Below are positions 21,523 to 31,774 of a DNA stretch of 64,000 nt, in pieces (the first letter of the stretch is position 1; every line of letters begins with the position of its first letter). A program made the translations under genes and the position numbers. Source of the stretch: an uncultured delta proteobacterium (lineage in GTDB: Bacteria; Desulfobacterota; Syntrophia; Syntrophales; Smithellaceae). The DNA lies in contig CAVWEH010000005.1 of assembly GCA_963753975.1 (NCBI GenBank), forward strand, positions 320,001-384,000. The letters are read 5' to 3'. The notes beneath the pieces are model-generated. The model was given only the letters and a program-made list of their open reading frames with translations. It was not told where the DNA came from and made no database searches.

Positions 21523-21688
21523 GGGAAAACATCGGCAGGAAAACGATCATACGGTTTCATCTAATCCGGAAACGCTTGCTGGAAACAAAAGACGGGCCAT
21601 GGGTGAAGAGCGCGTTGGATGATTTTATGCCTAAAAGCCAGGCGATTATAGCAAAAAAACCAAATCAATCATGTTAAGGTTCAGCTAA

Positions 21689-21982
21689 AATAAAAAAATT
21701 CCGCATATTAAAGCATTGAAAACATTGTTCCCCTGTAATACAGGAGTGTATGTTCGGTCCATACTACCTGCAAACGGGAAGGTTCTAAACAATGAAGATA
21801 TAAAGCGATTGAATGCAGAGATAAAAAGAATAACTACTCTAACTAAGAATACTTATATAGATATGTATGCAAAGTTTATTGGGGCAGATGGTAACATTAA
21901 ACCTGAGTATGTTACAGACGGCCTTCATTTAAATGAGGCTGGATATATTGCGTGGATAAGAGAATTCTCCATCTTTTTATAG
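21689..21982 (+). pseudogene. 5'-truncated SGNH/GDSL hydrolase fragment
   Basis: SILP...RLNAEI...DGLHLNEAGY (DxxH block) with no GDS motif; in-frame stop at 21686. Confidence 0.65.
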
Positions 21983-22073
21983 ATAAGACTATGTTTGAAG
22001 ATGAGGTTTGGCATTTAAGTTTGGATATCCGGCTGGTAAATGCTTACTTAATAATAGAAGGGGGGAAAGGATA

Positions 22074-23000
22074 ATGGGTTTTAAAAAGCTGCTCCGTATT
22101 ATCATCAATAAATTGCTGAATAGTTCTGTCATCAGCAGAAAATTAGATGCTTTGGCTTACGCTGTTGCAGATCGTGTATATGGCTATGTCGATAAAGGCA
22201 CTCAAATTCTTTTGGCTTTGAAATATCGTCAACTCTACGAACGAGGCAAAATGCTTCCTTTTGAAGAAGTAGAATTCAGAAATCATTCCCAATTTGGCGA
22301 AGATGGGATTTTGTGGTATATTTTTTCATTGGTAGGAACAACCAATAAAAAAGCGGTGGAAATTTGTGCGGGAAACGGCAAGGAGTGCAACACTGCAAAT
22401 CTTGTCGTAAACCACGGCTGGAACGCATTGATGGCTGAAGGGGACAAAGCGAAGGCTGATTTTGCAAAGGAATATTACGCTAAGCACCCTGATACGTTTC
22501 TCATTCCTCCTTCTGTCGCAAACGAATGGATCACGGCCGAAAACGTAAACGATATAATAAAACGGAATGGCTTTGAGGGTGAGATAGATTTTCTTGCGAT
22601 TGACGTTGACGGTATGGACTACTGGCTATGGAAAGCCATTAACGTGGCGGTGCCGAGGGTCGTTATGGTGGAAATACAGGTAGTATGGCGCTGTACAGCA
22701 TCAGTGACGGTGCCATATCGCCCTGATTTTAAATTCACGCTCTTGCAAGATATCAAAGATGGTTTGGTAAGCTATGGGGGAGCATCCTTGCCGGCTTTCG
22801 TTAAACTGGCCAAAGAGAAAGGATATCGACTCATTGGAGCCAATAGATTCGGACAAAATGTTGTTTTTATGCGCAACGATGTTGGTGTTGATGTATTTCC
22901 AGAGATAGACCCAGAAAGCGTTTTTTCAAATGCAACTTGCAATTTCGCTTATGATAGCGCCCGACCACTTTATGAAGGGCTGGAGTGGGAAGAGGTCTGA
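22074..23000 (+). CDS. FkbM-like methyltransferase-fold protein
   Basis: HSQFGEDGIL, VEICAGNG.ECNT, IDFLAIDVDGMDYWLW, GASL.AFVKLAKEKGYRL. Confidence 0.75.
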   Translation: MGFKKLLRIIINKLLNSSVISRKLDALAYAVADRVYGYVDKGTQILLALKYRQLYERGKMLPFEEVEFRNHSQFGEDGILWYIFSLVGTTNKKAVEICAGNGKECNTANLVVNHGWNALMAEGDKAKADFAKEYYAKHPDTFLIPPSVANEWITAENVNDIIKRNGFEGEIDFLAIDVDGMDYWLWKAINVAVPRVVMVEIQVVWRCTASVTVPYRPDFKFTLLQDIKDGLVSYGGASLPAFVKLAKEKGYRLIGANRFGQNVVFMRNDVGVDVFPEIDPESVFSNATCNFAYDSARPLYEGLEWEEV

Positions 23001-23080
23001 AATGGTTTTATCACCTACTTTGAATTGGAAAAACCGGAAACCCTGACAGCACTAGTCCGGCATTGTGAGAGAAGGTACTT

Positions 23081-23948
23081 ATGTCGAATTTATTTAAGGA
23101 TTGTATTAAAAAAGCATACAAAAAGATATACTTATTCATTTATGATAATAATATCTACCGTCCGACTTATAGATATAAGTATACAAAATATAACATACCA
23201 TCTAGGGATGACGTGCCGTATATTATAAATATTGTATATGAAGATATATTTGGGTATAAAACAAATGGAATTTTCGTAGAAATAGGAGCATTTGATGGAG
23301 AAATTTCTAGTTTTACATGTTTTTTGGCTGATATTGGATGGACTGGACATTATGTCGAGCCTATTAAAAGATATTTTATAAACTGCTTGAAACGTCATGA
23401 AAAAAATAAAGTTTCTTGTTACAATTTTTTTATTGGAGATTTTGCAGGAAAATCCACAATGTTCGATTATGGCCCATTTTCTAAAAAAACCGTTGTAAAT
23501 AATTTTAAGGCAATTTCTTCCTTATAATAAAGAAACCGGGGAATCTGTAAATATTAATTGCCTCTCTATGGATATGTTTTTAAAGAATCAAGAAATTCCT
23601 CATGAAATTGATCTCCTATTAATAGATGTAGAAGATGGTGAAATGAATGTTTTAAAATCATTTTCATTATTGGGAAAAGAATATAACCCAACTGCAATTA
23701 TTATAGAGACTACTCACGAAAAAGAGACTAAAGATATACTGACAAGTTCGGGGTATGTCCAATATTGTTCTTTGGATACCGATGATCCCTGGACCAAGAA
23801 TCTAATATTTGTCTCCCAAAAAAGAGCAAATGAACAGTTCCCTTTACTGAATAAAATGAAAAAAATGAAAAATATCTCTTTGCTGGATGAAGTGAAAGAA
23901 GTGAAAATTATCAATTTTTCAGACATAGATTCATTAAAACCAATTTAA
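23081..23948 (+). CDS. FkbM-family methyltransferase, AT-rich, frameshifted (+1) at ~23500-23525
   Basis: GIFVEIGAFDG..S...GWTGHYVEP in the N-half and IDLLLIDVEDGE in the C-half; joinable as NNFK-QFLPYNKE. Confidence 0.7.
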
Positions 23949-24134
23949 AATTTTGTTATTATTTTTTGTTTTCTGCAATATTTAGAAGGGCCTATCATTT
24001 TTCTGCTATACAAATATTTCATTTTGTGGCGATATCTAATATAGTAATTCTAATTCATTTTTATAAATCCAGCGCACGATTATGCGCAAAAAAACGTGGA
24101 ATTTGAATGTTTTCGAAAGGGAAAGGAGTTATTC

Positions 24135-25103
24135 ATGGGCGCAAAAAAAGCATTAATCATCGGTATCTCCGGTCAGGATGGAACTTATCTGGCCGATCTT
24201 CTGCTGAATAAGGGTTATACGGTCATTGGCACGTCCCGAGACGCCATGTTGTCGTCTTTTTCCAATCTGCAGAGGATGGGAATCCGCGACAAAATTACCG
24301 TCGAGTCCGTGTCGCTCAATGATTTTCGCAGCGTCCTGCAAGTCCTGAAAAAATACTGTCCTGATGAAATATACAATTTAGCCGGGCAAAGTTCCGTCGG
24401 ACTTTCTTTCGAACAGCCTGTGGAAACATTTGAAAGTGTTTGTGTGGCAACATTGAATTTACTGGAAGCCATGCGCTTCTTAGAAATACCCGCCCGGTTG
24501 TATAATGCCGCATCGAGCGAATGCTTCGGCAATACCAATGCAGAACCCGCCGGCGAAACGACGCCGTTTCATCCCCGAAGTCCATATGCCGTCGCCAAGT
24601 CAGCCGCTTTTTGGCAGGTTGCCAACTATCGGGAGGCCTATAACTTGTACGCCTGTTCGGGGATCTTGTTTAATCATGAATCGCCTCTGCGGCCCAGCCG
24701 TTTCGTGACCAGCAAAATTGTCCAGACAGCCTGCCGTATTGCTAAAGGAAGTAATGAAAAATTACATTTGGGAAATATTTCCATCAAAAGAGATTGGGGC
24801 TGGGCGCCGGAATTTGTGGATGCCATGTGGCGAATGCTGCAACAGGATGAACCCCGGGACTATGTTGTGGCAACAGGAAAGACATCTTCGCTGAAAGATT
24901 TTATCCAGGAAACATTTTCCCTGCTGAATTTGGACATGAATCAACATCTAAGGCATGTTTCGGATTTTGAAAGACCGACGGACATAAACGTATCCGTGGC
25001 CGATACAAAAAAAGCTGAAAAAGAACTTGGCTGGAAGACCAAATTTTTTATGAAAGATGTTGTCCGGATGATGGTCGAAGCTGAGTTAGCAAGGATAACA
25101 TAG
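24135..25103 (+). CDS. gmd: GDP-mannose 4,6-dehydratase
   Basis: GISGQDGTYLA, YNLAGQSSVGLSF, SPYAVAK, LFNHESPLR, RDWGWAPEFV. Confidence 0.88.
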   Translation: MGAKKALIIGISGQDGTYLADLLLNKGYTVIGTSRDAMLSSFSNLQRMGIRDKITVESVSLNDFRSVLQVLKKYCPDEIYNLAGQSSVGLSFEQPVETFESVCVATLNLLEAMRFLEIPARLYNAASSECFGNTNAEPAGETTPFHPRSPYAVAKSAAFWQVANYREAYNLYACSGILFNHESPLRPSRFVTSKIVQTACRIAKGSNEKLHLGNISIKRDWGWAPEFVDAMWRMLQQDEPRDYVVATGKTSSLKDFIQETFSLLNLDMNQHLRHVSDFERPTDINVSVADTKKAEKELGWKTKFFMKDVVRMMVEAELARIT

Positions 25104-25116
25104 GAATTTTAGAATA

Positions 25117-25965
25117 ATGAGTTTTATCTCTTACGCCCAAAATTTTGAAGATGTGATGCTTTGGCGGGCCCTCAAGCATGTCAAACGGGGTTTTTATGTT
25201 GATGTTGGAGCTGCCGGGCCTGATGAGAACTCTGTCACTATGGCCTTTTACAATCGCGGCTGGAAAGGTATCAATATTGAACCCGATCCGAAATTACATC
25301 GTCAATTACAGGAGAGCCGACCCCGCGACCAAAACCTGCGCTTGGCTGTTGGCGATAGTGAAGGGTATCTGGTTATGAACTTCCTGGAAGGTACCGGGCT
25401 ATCCACACTGGATGATGCCGTTGCTGACAAGCACCAGCATGCCAGGCGGAACCCGAATCGTCAAGAAATACAAGTAACAACACTGACCAACTTATGGCTT
25501 CAGTATATACCGGCCGGGCAAGATGTTCATTTTCTGAAAGTGGATGTCGAAGGTATGGAAGAAGCCGTTCTAAGGGGTAACGACTGGACAAAAAATCGTC
25601 CATGGATTGTGGTAGTGGAAGCAACGTCGCCACTATCTCGGATGGAATTACACGAAACATGGGAGCCCATACTTTTTTCCGCCAATTATCTCTTTGCTTA
25701 TGCGGACGGCCTTAACCGCTTCTATGTGGCGGTAGAACACCCTGAAATTCTATCAGCATTTCATTATCCACCAAATTTCTTTGATGAATTTGTTTTAACG
25801 ACGCAAGTGAAGGCAGAAGAAAAAGCTCGGCTGGCCGAAGAAAAAGCTCGGCTGGCGGAGATTGCTCTGAACGAGGTTTGTAATAGCCGCTCGTGGCGGT
25901 GGACTCGGTCGCTACGATGGATTGGAGAAAAATTGAGGATTGTTCTGGGAAAGAAGAAAAATTAG
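25117..25965 (+). CDS. FkbM-family methyltransferase with C-terminal coiled coil and SRSWRWT tail
   Basis: SYAQNFEDVMLWRAL, GWKGINIEP, FLKVDVEG, YADGLNRFYVA. Confidence 0.85.
   Translation: MSFISYAQNFEDVMLWRALKHVKRGFYVDVGAAGPDENSVTMAFYNRGWKGINIEPDPKLHRQLQESRPRDQNLRLAVGDSEGYLVMNFLEGTGLSTLDDAVADKHQHARRNPNRQEIQVTTLTNLWLQYIPAGQDVHFLKVDVEGMEEAVLRGNDWTKNRPWIVVVEATSPLSRMELHETWEPILFSANYLFAYADGLNRFYVAVEHPEILSAFHYPPNFFDEFVLTTQVKAEEKARLAEEKARLAEIALNEVCNSRSWRWTRSLRWIGEKLRIVLGKKKN
25816..25856 (+). repeat. 21-bp tandem repeat (EEKARLA x2) in the coiled coil
   Basis: gaagaaaaagctcggctggc(c) repeated twice. Confidence 0.9.
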
Positions 25966-26014
25966 GTATGACAAATTTTAATAGAAGGATGGGCAAAGCT
26001 CTCACGGTACCAAT

Positions 26015-26884
26015 ATGGCAGTAAAACGCAAACAGCAATCGCCGCGATCGCGTAAAGCATCAAAGCCAAAGAAAATTAATAGCACTAAGGCAGCTACGCA
26101 ACAAGATGTAGATCCTCGGATGTGTGGATTAATAGATGCGATGAAGCGAGGATGGTATCAGTCAAAAACCGGGGAACTATTTACTGGATTTAAAATCACA
26201 GCGGATGATATCGTTTTAGATGTAGGATGTGGTGATGGAGGCGCTACGCTGTTTTGTGCGAGGCAGGGCGCTCACGTAGTTTTTTCGGATGTCAATGCGA
26301 CTAAAATTAAGGCGCTTATAAAGAAAGCCAATAAAACTAAGGCCAGAAAAGTCGAAGGTTTCGTTAGTGATACAACGCCATTGCCACTACCGGATGAGTA
26401 TGCGACTAAAATCCTGTCGATGGAGATGTTGGAACACACTGCAAACCCTGAAAATATTTTAGCTGAGCTTGTCAGAGTGGGCAAGCCTGGCGCTCAGTAT
26501 TTAATCACAGTTCCTGATTCCCGATCAGAAATGGTGCAGAAGCCTTTTGCGAATTCTATCTACTTTTCGGAACCAAATCACATTCAGATCTTTAATAAAA
26601 AAAACTTTTTCCGGTTGGTGAAAAATTCAGGATTAAAAGTGGAAAGATATGATTCATATAGTTTCTACTGGACCGTTTTTATGTCACTATTCTGGATAGT
26701 TCAGCAGCAGGAATGTTTTAAGGACGCTGTCTTAGACCATATCAAGCCTCCTTATCATCCTGTCTTGCAGAGTTGGGCAAATACCTGGGCTCGATTGCTG
26801 GAATTGAATGGCTCTGAAAAACTGCTAGCGTCCTTTGATAAATATCTACCAAAGGCCCAAATAATCATTGCAAGAAAGCCTTAA
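26015..26884 (+). CDS. Class I SAM-dependent methyltransferase
   Basis: VLDVGCGDG, EMLEH, ELVRVGKPGAQYLITVP. Confidence 0.85.
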   Translation: MAVKRKQQSPRSRKASKPKKINSTKAATQQDVDPRMCGLIDAMKRGWYQSKTGELFTGFKITADDIVLDVGCGDGGATLFCARQGAHVVFSDVNATKIKALIKKANKTKARKVEGFVSDTTPLPLPDEYATKILSMEMLEHTANPENILAELVRVGKPGAQYLITVPDSRSEMVQKPFANSIYFSEPNHIQIFNKKNFFRLVKNSGLKVERYDSYSFYWTVFMSLFWIVQQQECFKDAVLDHIKPPYHPVLQSWANTWARLLELNGSEKLLASFDKYLPKAQIIIARKP

Positions 26885-26997
26885 TTCTATCGGCATTTAT
26901 GGCAGAAAGAGGTTTATGATTGTATCACAGAAATAGAGAGTAAAAAAATAATTCAGTTTAGTAATATCACCTACTGAAGTCTCAATAATAATATGTC

Positions 26998-27883
26998 TTA
27001 ATTATTATTTACAAAAAATTCGTCGATATTTTTTGTAAATGTTATTTCTTGAAAAAAATTATTTGTTGTTCCTCTATTTAGATAAAGAAAAAATGAACTA
27101 TTTCCGGTATATGATATCAAATATTTAGATTTTGAATGAATGCATAATGATGCCATATAATATTCAGCCCATTCTAATTTATTTTCAATTTTTTCTAAAA
27201 AAATAGGTTGTACCGATGTTTGTGGTGTTAAAGTTTCTTCGAAAAATGTTGCTCTTAATTTTTTTTGAAAAAACAATTTTAATCCAAGATTTTCTGTTTG
27301 AATAAGAATTTTATAATCGGGATTTTTGTCCATTATCTGGGTCACTAATCTAAAATACGGAGCAGGGCAAAGATAATCAAACCCCCCCAAATCAGTCCAT
27401 TTATCAGTATCTCGATAAATTATTGAAATTGAATTATTGGAGTTTACATCATATTTCCTTTTTCAAAAATTCGATTTTTTTTTGTATGTTTTCATTTAAA
27501 TTAAAATATCTATCGAAAAACGGTTTAAAATATTTAATATTTTTTTCGGCATAAATTGTATGATGCTCATTTGGAGTAGCGGGAACAGGCAATTCTTCGT
27601 CAAAATTTATTTCAATTTTTTTATTTATGTTAAAAAAATGGTGGTACATATCGGGTATATTGTGATTAGGGTTAAGATTACTCAAAATATTTTTCCCATC
27701 GATATCTACGGGTAAACGTTTAAATTTTTTATAAATCGTCATTATAGATGTTAACAATAAAGTAAATGGTGCAAAAAACCCGTACTCCGAAATATCTTTT
27801 CTCCCAATTAAAATATTTTTTTTATCGTCGTAATCATACCCAAACAAAATGAGTGAATGTATCATATTTAATTGTTTAACCAT
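26998..27883 (-). CDS. Putative NodZ/GT23-like fucosyltransferase-fold protein, very AT-rich, frameshifted (+1) at ~27457-27463
   Basis: Two ORFs join as ...IEFLKRKYDVNSNNSISIIYRDTDKWTDLGG; IYRDTDK resembles the GT23/NodZ (H/Y)xRxTDK motif. Confidence 0.5.
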
Positions 27884-28034
27884 TTTTCTAATCCTAATTG
27901 ATCATAAGGATTACATCTCTTCAGGCAGGCGAGATGCATTTCTAGTGTGCCTATAGGATTAATAGCCCTTTCTTCTTGCTTTATTCTGGTGGTGACACCA
28001 AATAATTTTGATAAAATATTATCTTTATGATTAA

Positions 28035-28063
28035 ACTATAAGAAACTCGGTTTTGTATGTCAA
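28035..28063 (-). promoter_or_regulatory. sigma70-type promoter for the minus-strand 27883 gene
   Basis: Minus strand TTGACA-N17-TATAGT. Confidence 0.6.
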
Positions 28064-28145
28064 GGAAATCTTGGCGACAGAATTGCATTGACATCTGATT
28101 GTAAAAGTATGACCAAGTAGTTAGTTAATCAAGGAGAGGTTAAAA

Positions 28146-29183
28146 ATGAAACACGCGGGAAAGGTTGTCTTTGCACTTATAAGTTGCTTAATTACCCTGT
28201 TATTTGTTGAATTGATTTATTCTACAATGCATAAGAACGTTTATCGTCAAGCAAGTTTACAGCTTCGAGCCTGGCCATGGATAATTTATGATCCATTGAT
28301 GGGATGGATGAACAAACCCTTGTATATTCAGCCCGGCCATTTCCGAATCGATAAAAATGGATTTCGGATAATTGAATCATCCCCTGCTTCTGACAAGAGA
28401 AAACGCCTCATAGTATGCATGGGCGACTCCGGTACGTTTGGGATATGGGCAGCACGAAAAGACCCTGTATTTGGTGGATTTGAATTTGATAGTTTTCCGT
28501 CGTATCTGCAAGATATCCTTTCCAGAAACAATGATATGGTCATAAATGCCGGAACAATTGGGTATACGTCTGCCAATTTACTCAGACAATACCTGTCTTC
28601 AATTCGCCGGTTGAAACCTCAAATCATTGTGATCAGGATCGGCCATAACGATCATCTGGAAACCTGCCAACTCGACATTCAACAGCCAAAAAATGTCGTT
28701 CTAAGATATCTCTACAAAACGTTCCCTTCGACTTTAACAGTACAAACCATTGCCCACTATAAATTTTTGTTAACACAAAAAAGCACGTCTGGACTTTGTA
28801 GCACCCCAGATGAATATGAATATAATTTAAGAACATTAATAAACATCGCGAATAATGATGGAATTAAAGTTTTTCTTGTAGACTACCCTTTGCGGTCTCC
28901 AAGCATCCCACCTGCCTCGGAAGCAGATTATCAAGAAAGTTTGAAAAGACTAAAATTAAAATCAGCTGCATCTTATATCGAACTTCATGAAAAATATATG
29001 CAAAGGATGGAAACTGTTGCAAAATCAACCGGCACCCAGATTATTAGAACGAGACACCGGCTGGAAGATCCGAAAGAAAACGCATTTTCCAGATGGGACC
29101 AGCAGCATCCCAATAAGCAAGGTATGCGCATCATTGCCGAGGAGATCGCCAAGGTCTTGAACAAAAATGCAGGGAGTCAATAA
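28146..29183 (+). CDS. SGNH/GDSL hydrolase-family protein with N-terminal TM anchor
   Basis: CMGDSGTFG, INAGTIGYTS, GHND, DQQHPNKQG; AGGAGAGG RBS. Confidence 0.85.
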   Translation: MKHAGKVVFALISCLITLLFVELIYSTMHKNVYRQASLQLRAWPWIIYDPLMGWMNKPLYIQPGHFRIDKNGFRIIESSPASDKRKRLIVCMGDSGTFGIWAARKDPVFGGFEFDSFPSYLQDILSRNNDMVINAGTIGYTSANLLRQYLSSIRRLKPQIIVIRIGHNDHLETCQLDIQQPKNVVLRYLYKTFPSTLTVQTIAHYKFLLTQKSTSGLCSTPDEYEYNLRTLINIANNDGIKVFLVDYPLRSPSIPPASEADYQESLKRLKLKSAASYIELHEKYMQRMETVAKSTGTQIIRTRHRLEDPKENAFSRWDQQHPNKQGMRIIAEEIAKVLNKNAGSQ

Positions 29184-29283
29184 CAGGGTATTAGGAATTT
29201 GAAAGTTATGATATAGAGAAAATGGTGGTTTCGAAGATATAACTCAGAACAATATGTAGCATGGATATGATAAAAAAGGGCAT

Positions 29284-29718
29284 ATGATGGACTCACGACA
29301 GCTGCATGAAGATTTATGCCGTCAGCCGGCCGAAGAAAAATCAAGCGCACGTGGACTGGGGATCACTTTTGCTGTCGTATTTTCTATTATAGGTTTTGCG
29401 CGGCTATATCAAGGCCATGATTGGTGGGCAGTATGTCTTTCCGTAGCTGCTGTATTTCTTTTTCTTGCCTATTTCTGGGTAGCTCCTTTGCGCCCGCTTA
29501 ACAATCTTTGGCATCGCTTTAGCTTGCTTTTATTTCATGTTGTAAATCCTGTCATTATGGGAATCATTTTCTTTTCGACTATTTTCCCGATCGGGGTATT
29601 GATGCGGATCTTCGGAAAAGACGAGCTTAAATTGAAATTTGATCGTGAAGCGCATACGTATTGGCAAAAGCGGACACCCTCCCAAAACCTGTCACAAAAT
29701 ATGAAAAATCAATTTTAA
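29284..29718 (+). CDS. SxtJ-family membrane protein
   Basis: SARGLGITFAVVF, LRPLNNLW, NPVIMGIIFF..PIG, TYWQKR, MKNQF C-terminus. Confidence 0.8.
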   Translation: MMDSRQLHEDLCRQPAEEKSSARGLGITFAVVFSIIGFARLYQGHDWWAVCLSVAAVFLFLAYFWVAPLRPLNNLWHRFSLLLFHVVNPVIMGIIFFSTIFPIGVLMRIFGKDELKLKFDREAHTYWQKRTPSQNLSQNMKNQF

Positions 29719-29731
29719 AGGGGAATCAATA

Positions 29732-29884
29732 ATGTTGAGCATTATACGAGAACTATGGGCTTTCCTGGTTGTACGAAAGAAGTATTGGCTTTTGCCTATC
29801 ATACTGATGCTGGCTTTGTTGGGCGGGCTTATTGTCTTGGGTAAGGGTTCCGCCATCGCGCCCTTTATCTACACCATATTCTGA
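29732..29884 (+). CDS. DUF5989/SxtK-like 50-aa membrane protein, not in the ORF track
   Basis: MLSIIRELWAFLVVRKKYWLLPIILMLALLGGLIVLGKGSAIAPFIYTIF* with the RKKYWLLP and APFIYTxF signatures. Confidence 0.85.
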   Translation: MLSIIRELWAFLVVRKKYWLLPIILMLALLGGLIVLGKGSAIAPFIYTIF

Positions 29885-29901
29885 AACACGAAAGAATATT
29901 C

Positions 29902-31735
29902 ATGCGCATCTTAGGAATCTCAGCGTATTATCACGATAGTGCCGCATGTCTGATTGAGGATGGCCGGATAATTGCCGCTGCCCAGGAAGAGCGTTTTACC
30001 CGCAAGAAGCATGATGCGAGTTTTCCACAAAACGCAATTCGGTATTGCTTGAATGCAGGGGCAATCAAACTTGATCAGATTGACCATGTTACATTTTACG
30101 AAAAGCCTTTCTTGAAATTCGAACGACTTCTGGAGACGTATGTTGCTTTTACGCCGCATGGCTTTCGCTCGTTTCTAATGGCGATGCCGCTCTGGCTGAA
30201 AGAAAAACTTTTTCAGAAAATATTGCTACGGGATGAACTGAAAAAGTTGGGCGCGGCTGAGCATATCGAAGGTCGTTTGCTATTCGCTGAACATCACCAA
30301 AGTCACGCTGCTTCCGCTTTTTTTGCTTCGCCATTCGAAGAGGCGGTTATACTGACAATGGATGGCGTCGGTGAATGGACAACTGCTTCAGCCGCGGTAG
30401 GACGTGGGAATTACCTGGAGATGACAAAAGAAATCCATTTCCCGCATTCAATAGGCCTCCTATACTCTGCATTTACCTACTATCTTGGTTTTAAAGTTAA
30501 TTCGGGCGAATACAAGGTGATGGGGTTGGCTCCGTATGGAGAAGCAAAATATACCGACATTATCCTGGACAACCTTATTGATTTAAAGGCTGACGGTACT
30601 TTCCGGCTTGATATGCAATATTTTGATTATTGCACCGGTCTTAAGATGATCAAATGAGAAGTTCAATGAGCTTTTTGGTAATCTACCACGGAAACCCGAG
30701 GAACCTCTGACGCAAAAACATATGGATCTCGCTGCCTCGATTCAATGGGTTACAGAAGAAATAGTGCTTCGGCTGACGCGCACGCTTTCCAGTGAAACCG
30801 GCAGTAAAAATCTTTGTCTTGCCGGAGGCGTCGCTCTTAATTGCGTGGCTAATGGGAAAATCTTGCGCGACGGCAAATTTGAGCAAATTTGGATTCAGCC
30901 TGCTGCGGGAGATGCCGGAGGTGCTGTTGGTGCAGCCTTGGTGACTTACTATACGCATTTTGGCAAGACACGCCGGGCTAATGGAAGAGATGCAATGTCT
31001 GGCAGTTACCTTGGGCCTAGTTACGAAAACAGTGAAATTGAGCAACAACTGTCCGTCGCCGGCGCACGTTTCGAAAAACTTAACGATTCCGATTTAATTG
31101 CGGCCACTGTAGAAGCATTGGTGGCAGGGAAAGCGGTAGGTTGGTTTCAGGGGCGTATGGAGTTTGGCCCGCGCGCTCTTGGAGCGCGCTCTATACTTGC
31201 AGATCCCCGCAGCGTGACAATGCAGCGGACTTTAAATCTGCGAGTCAAGTATCGCGAGAGCTTTCGTCCTTTTGCACCAGCAGTGTTACGAGAGGATGTG
31301 GCCGACTGGTTTGAACTTGATCGCGACAGCCCATATATGCTTTTCGTTGCAAATGTAGTGAAAAATAGGCAAAGGCAAATGACCGAAAAAGAGCAGGCAC
31401 TGTTTGGAATCGATAAACTTAGCGTGCCGCGTTCCGAAATACCTGCAGTGACCCATGTCGACTATTCCGCAAGGATACAAACTGTGGATCGTGAAACTAA
31501 TCCGAGATTTCACGAGCTCCTGTCCGTTTTCAAAGCTCGCACTGGCTGCCCTGTCCTCGTGAATACGAGCTTCAACATTCGCGGTGAGCCTATTGTTTGC
31601 AGCCCACAGGATGCCTTCCGCTGCTTCATGGGGACAGAGATCGAATTGCTGGTTATTGGTAACTTTATTCTTTACAAAGAAAAGCAGGACACTCGCCTGA
31701 AAATGAATTACAGTGCTATGTTCAATTTGGACTAG
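29902..31735 (+). CDS. O-carbamoyltransferase (NodU/CmcH/SxtI family), frameshifted (+1) at 30652-30654
   Basis: ISAYYHDSAA, EERFTRKKH, EHHQSHAASAF, GEYKVMGLAPYG, AGGVALNC, EFGPRALG, NTSFN. Removing one A joins KMI-NEKFNELFG. Confidence 0.9.
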
Positions 31736-31774
31736 AAAAGGAGAAATATCCCACGCAAGTTGGGAAATAACAAA

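Noticed and set aside
8921..30660. Phase variation or programmed frameshifting at the split genes
   Set aside because: The runs are only 2-5 nt, there are no slippery heptamers or long SSRs, and all shifts are +1.
29284..31735. Saxitoxin biosynthesis cluster
   Set aside because: Only I/J/K-like genes are present; the core sxtA and sxtG genes are absent and the context is polysaccharide.
26998..31735. Nod-factor pathway (NodZ/NodU-like genes)
   Set aside because: No nodABC, and these families are widespread in glycan modification.
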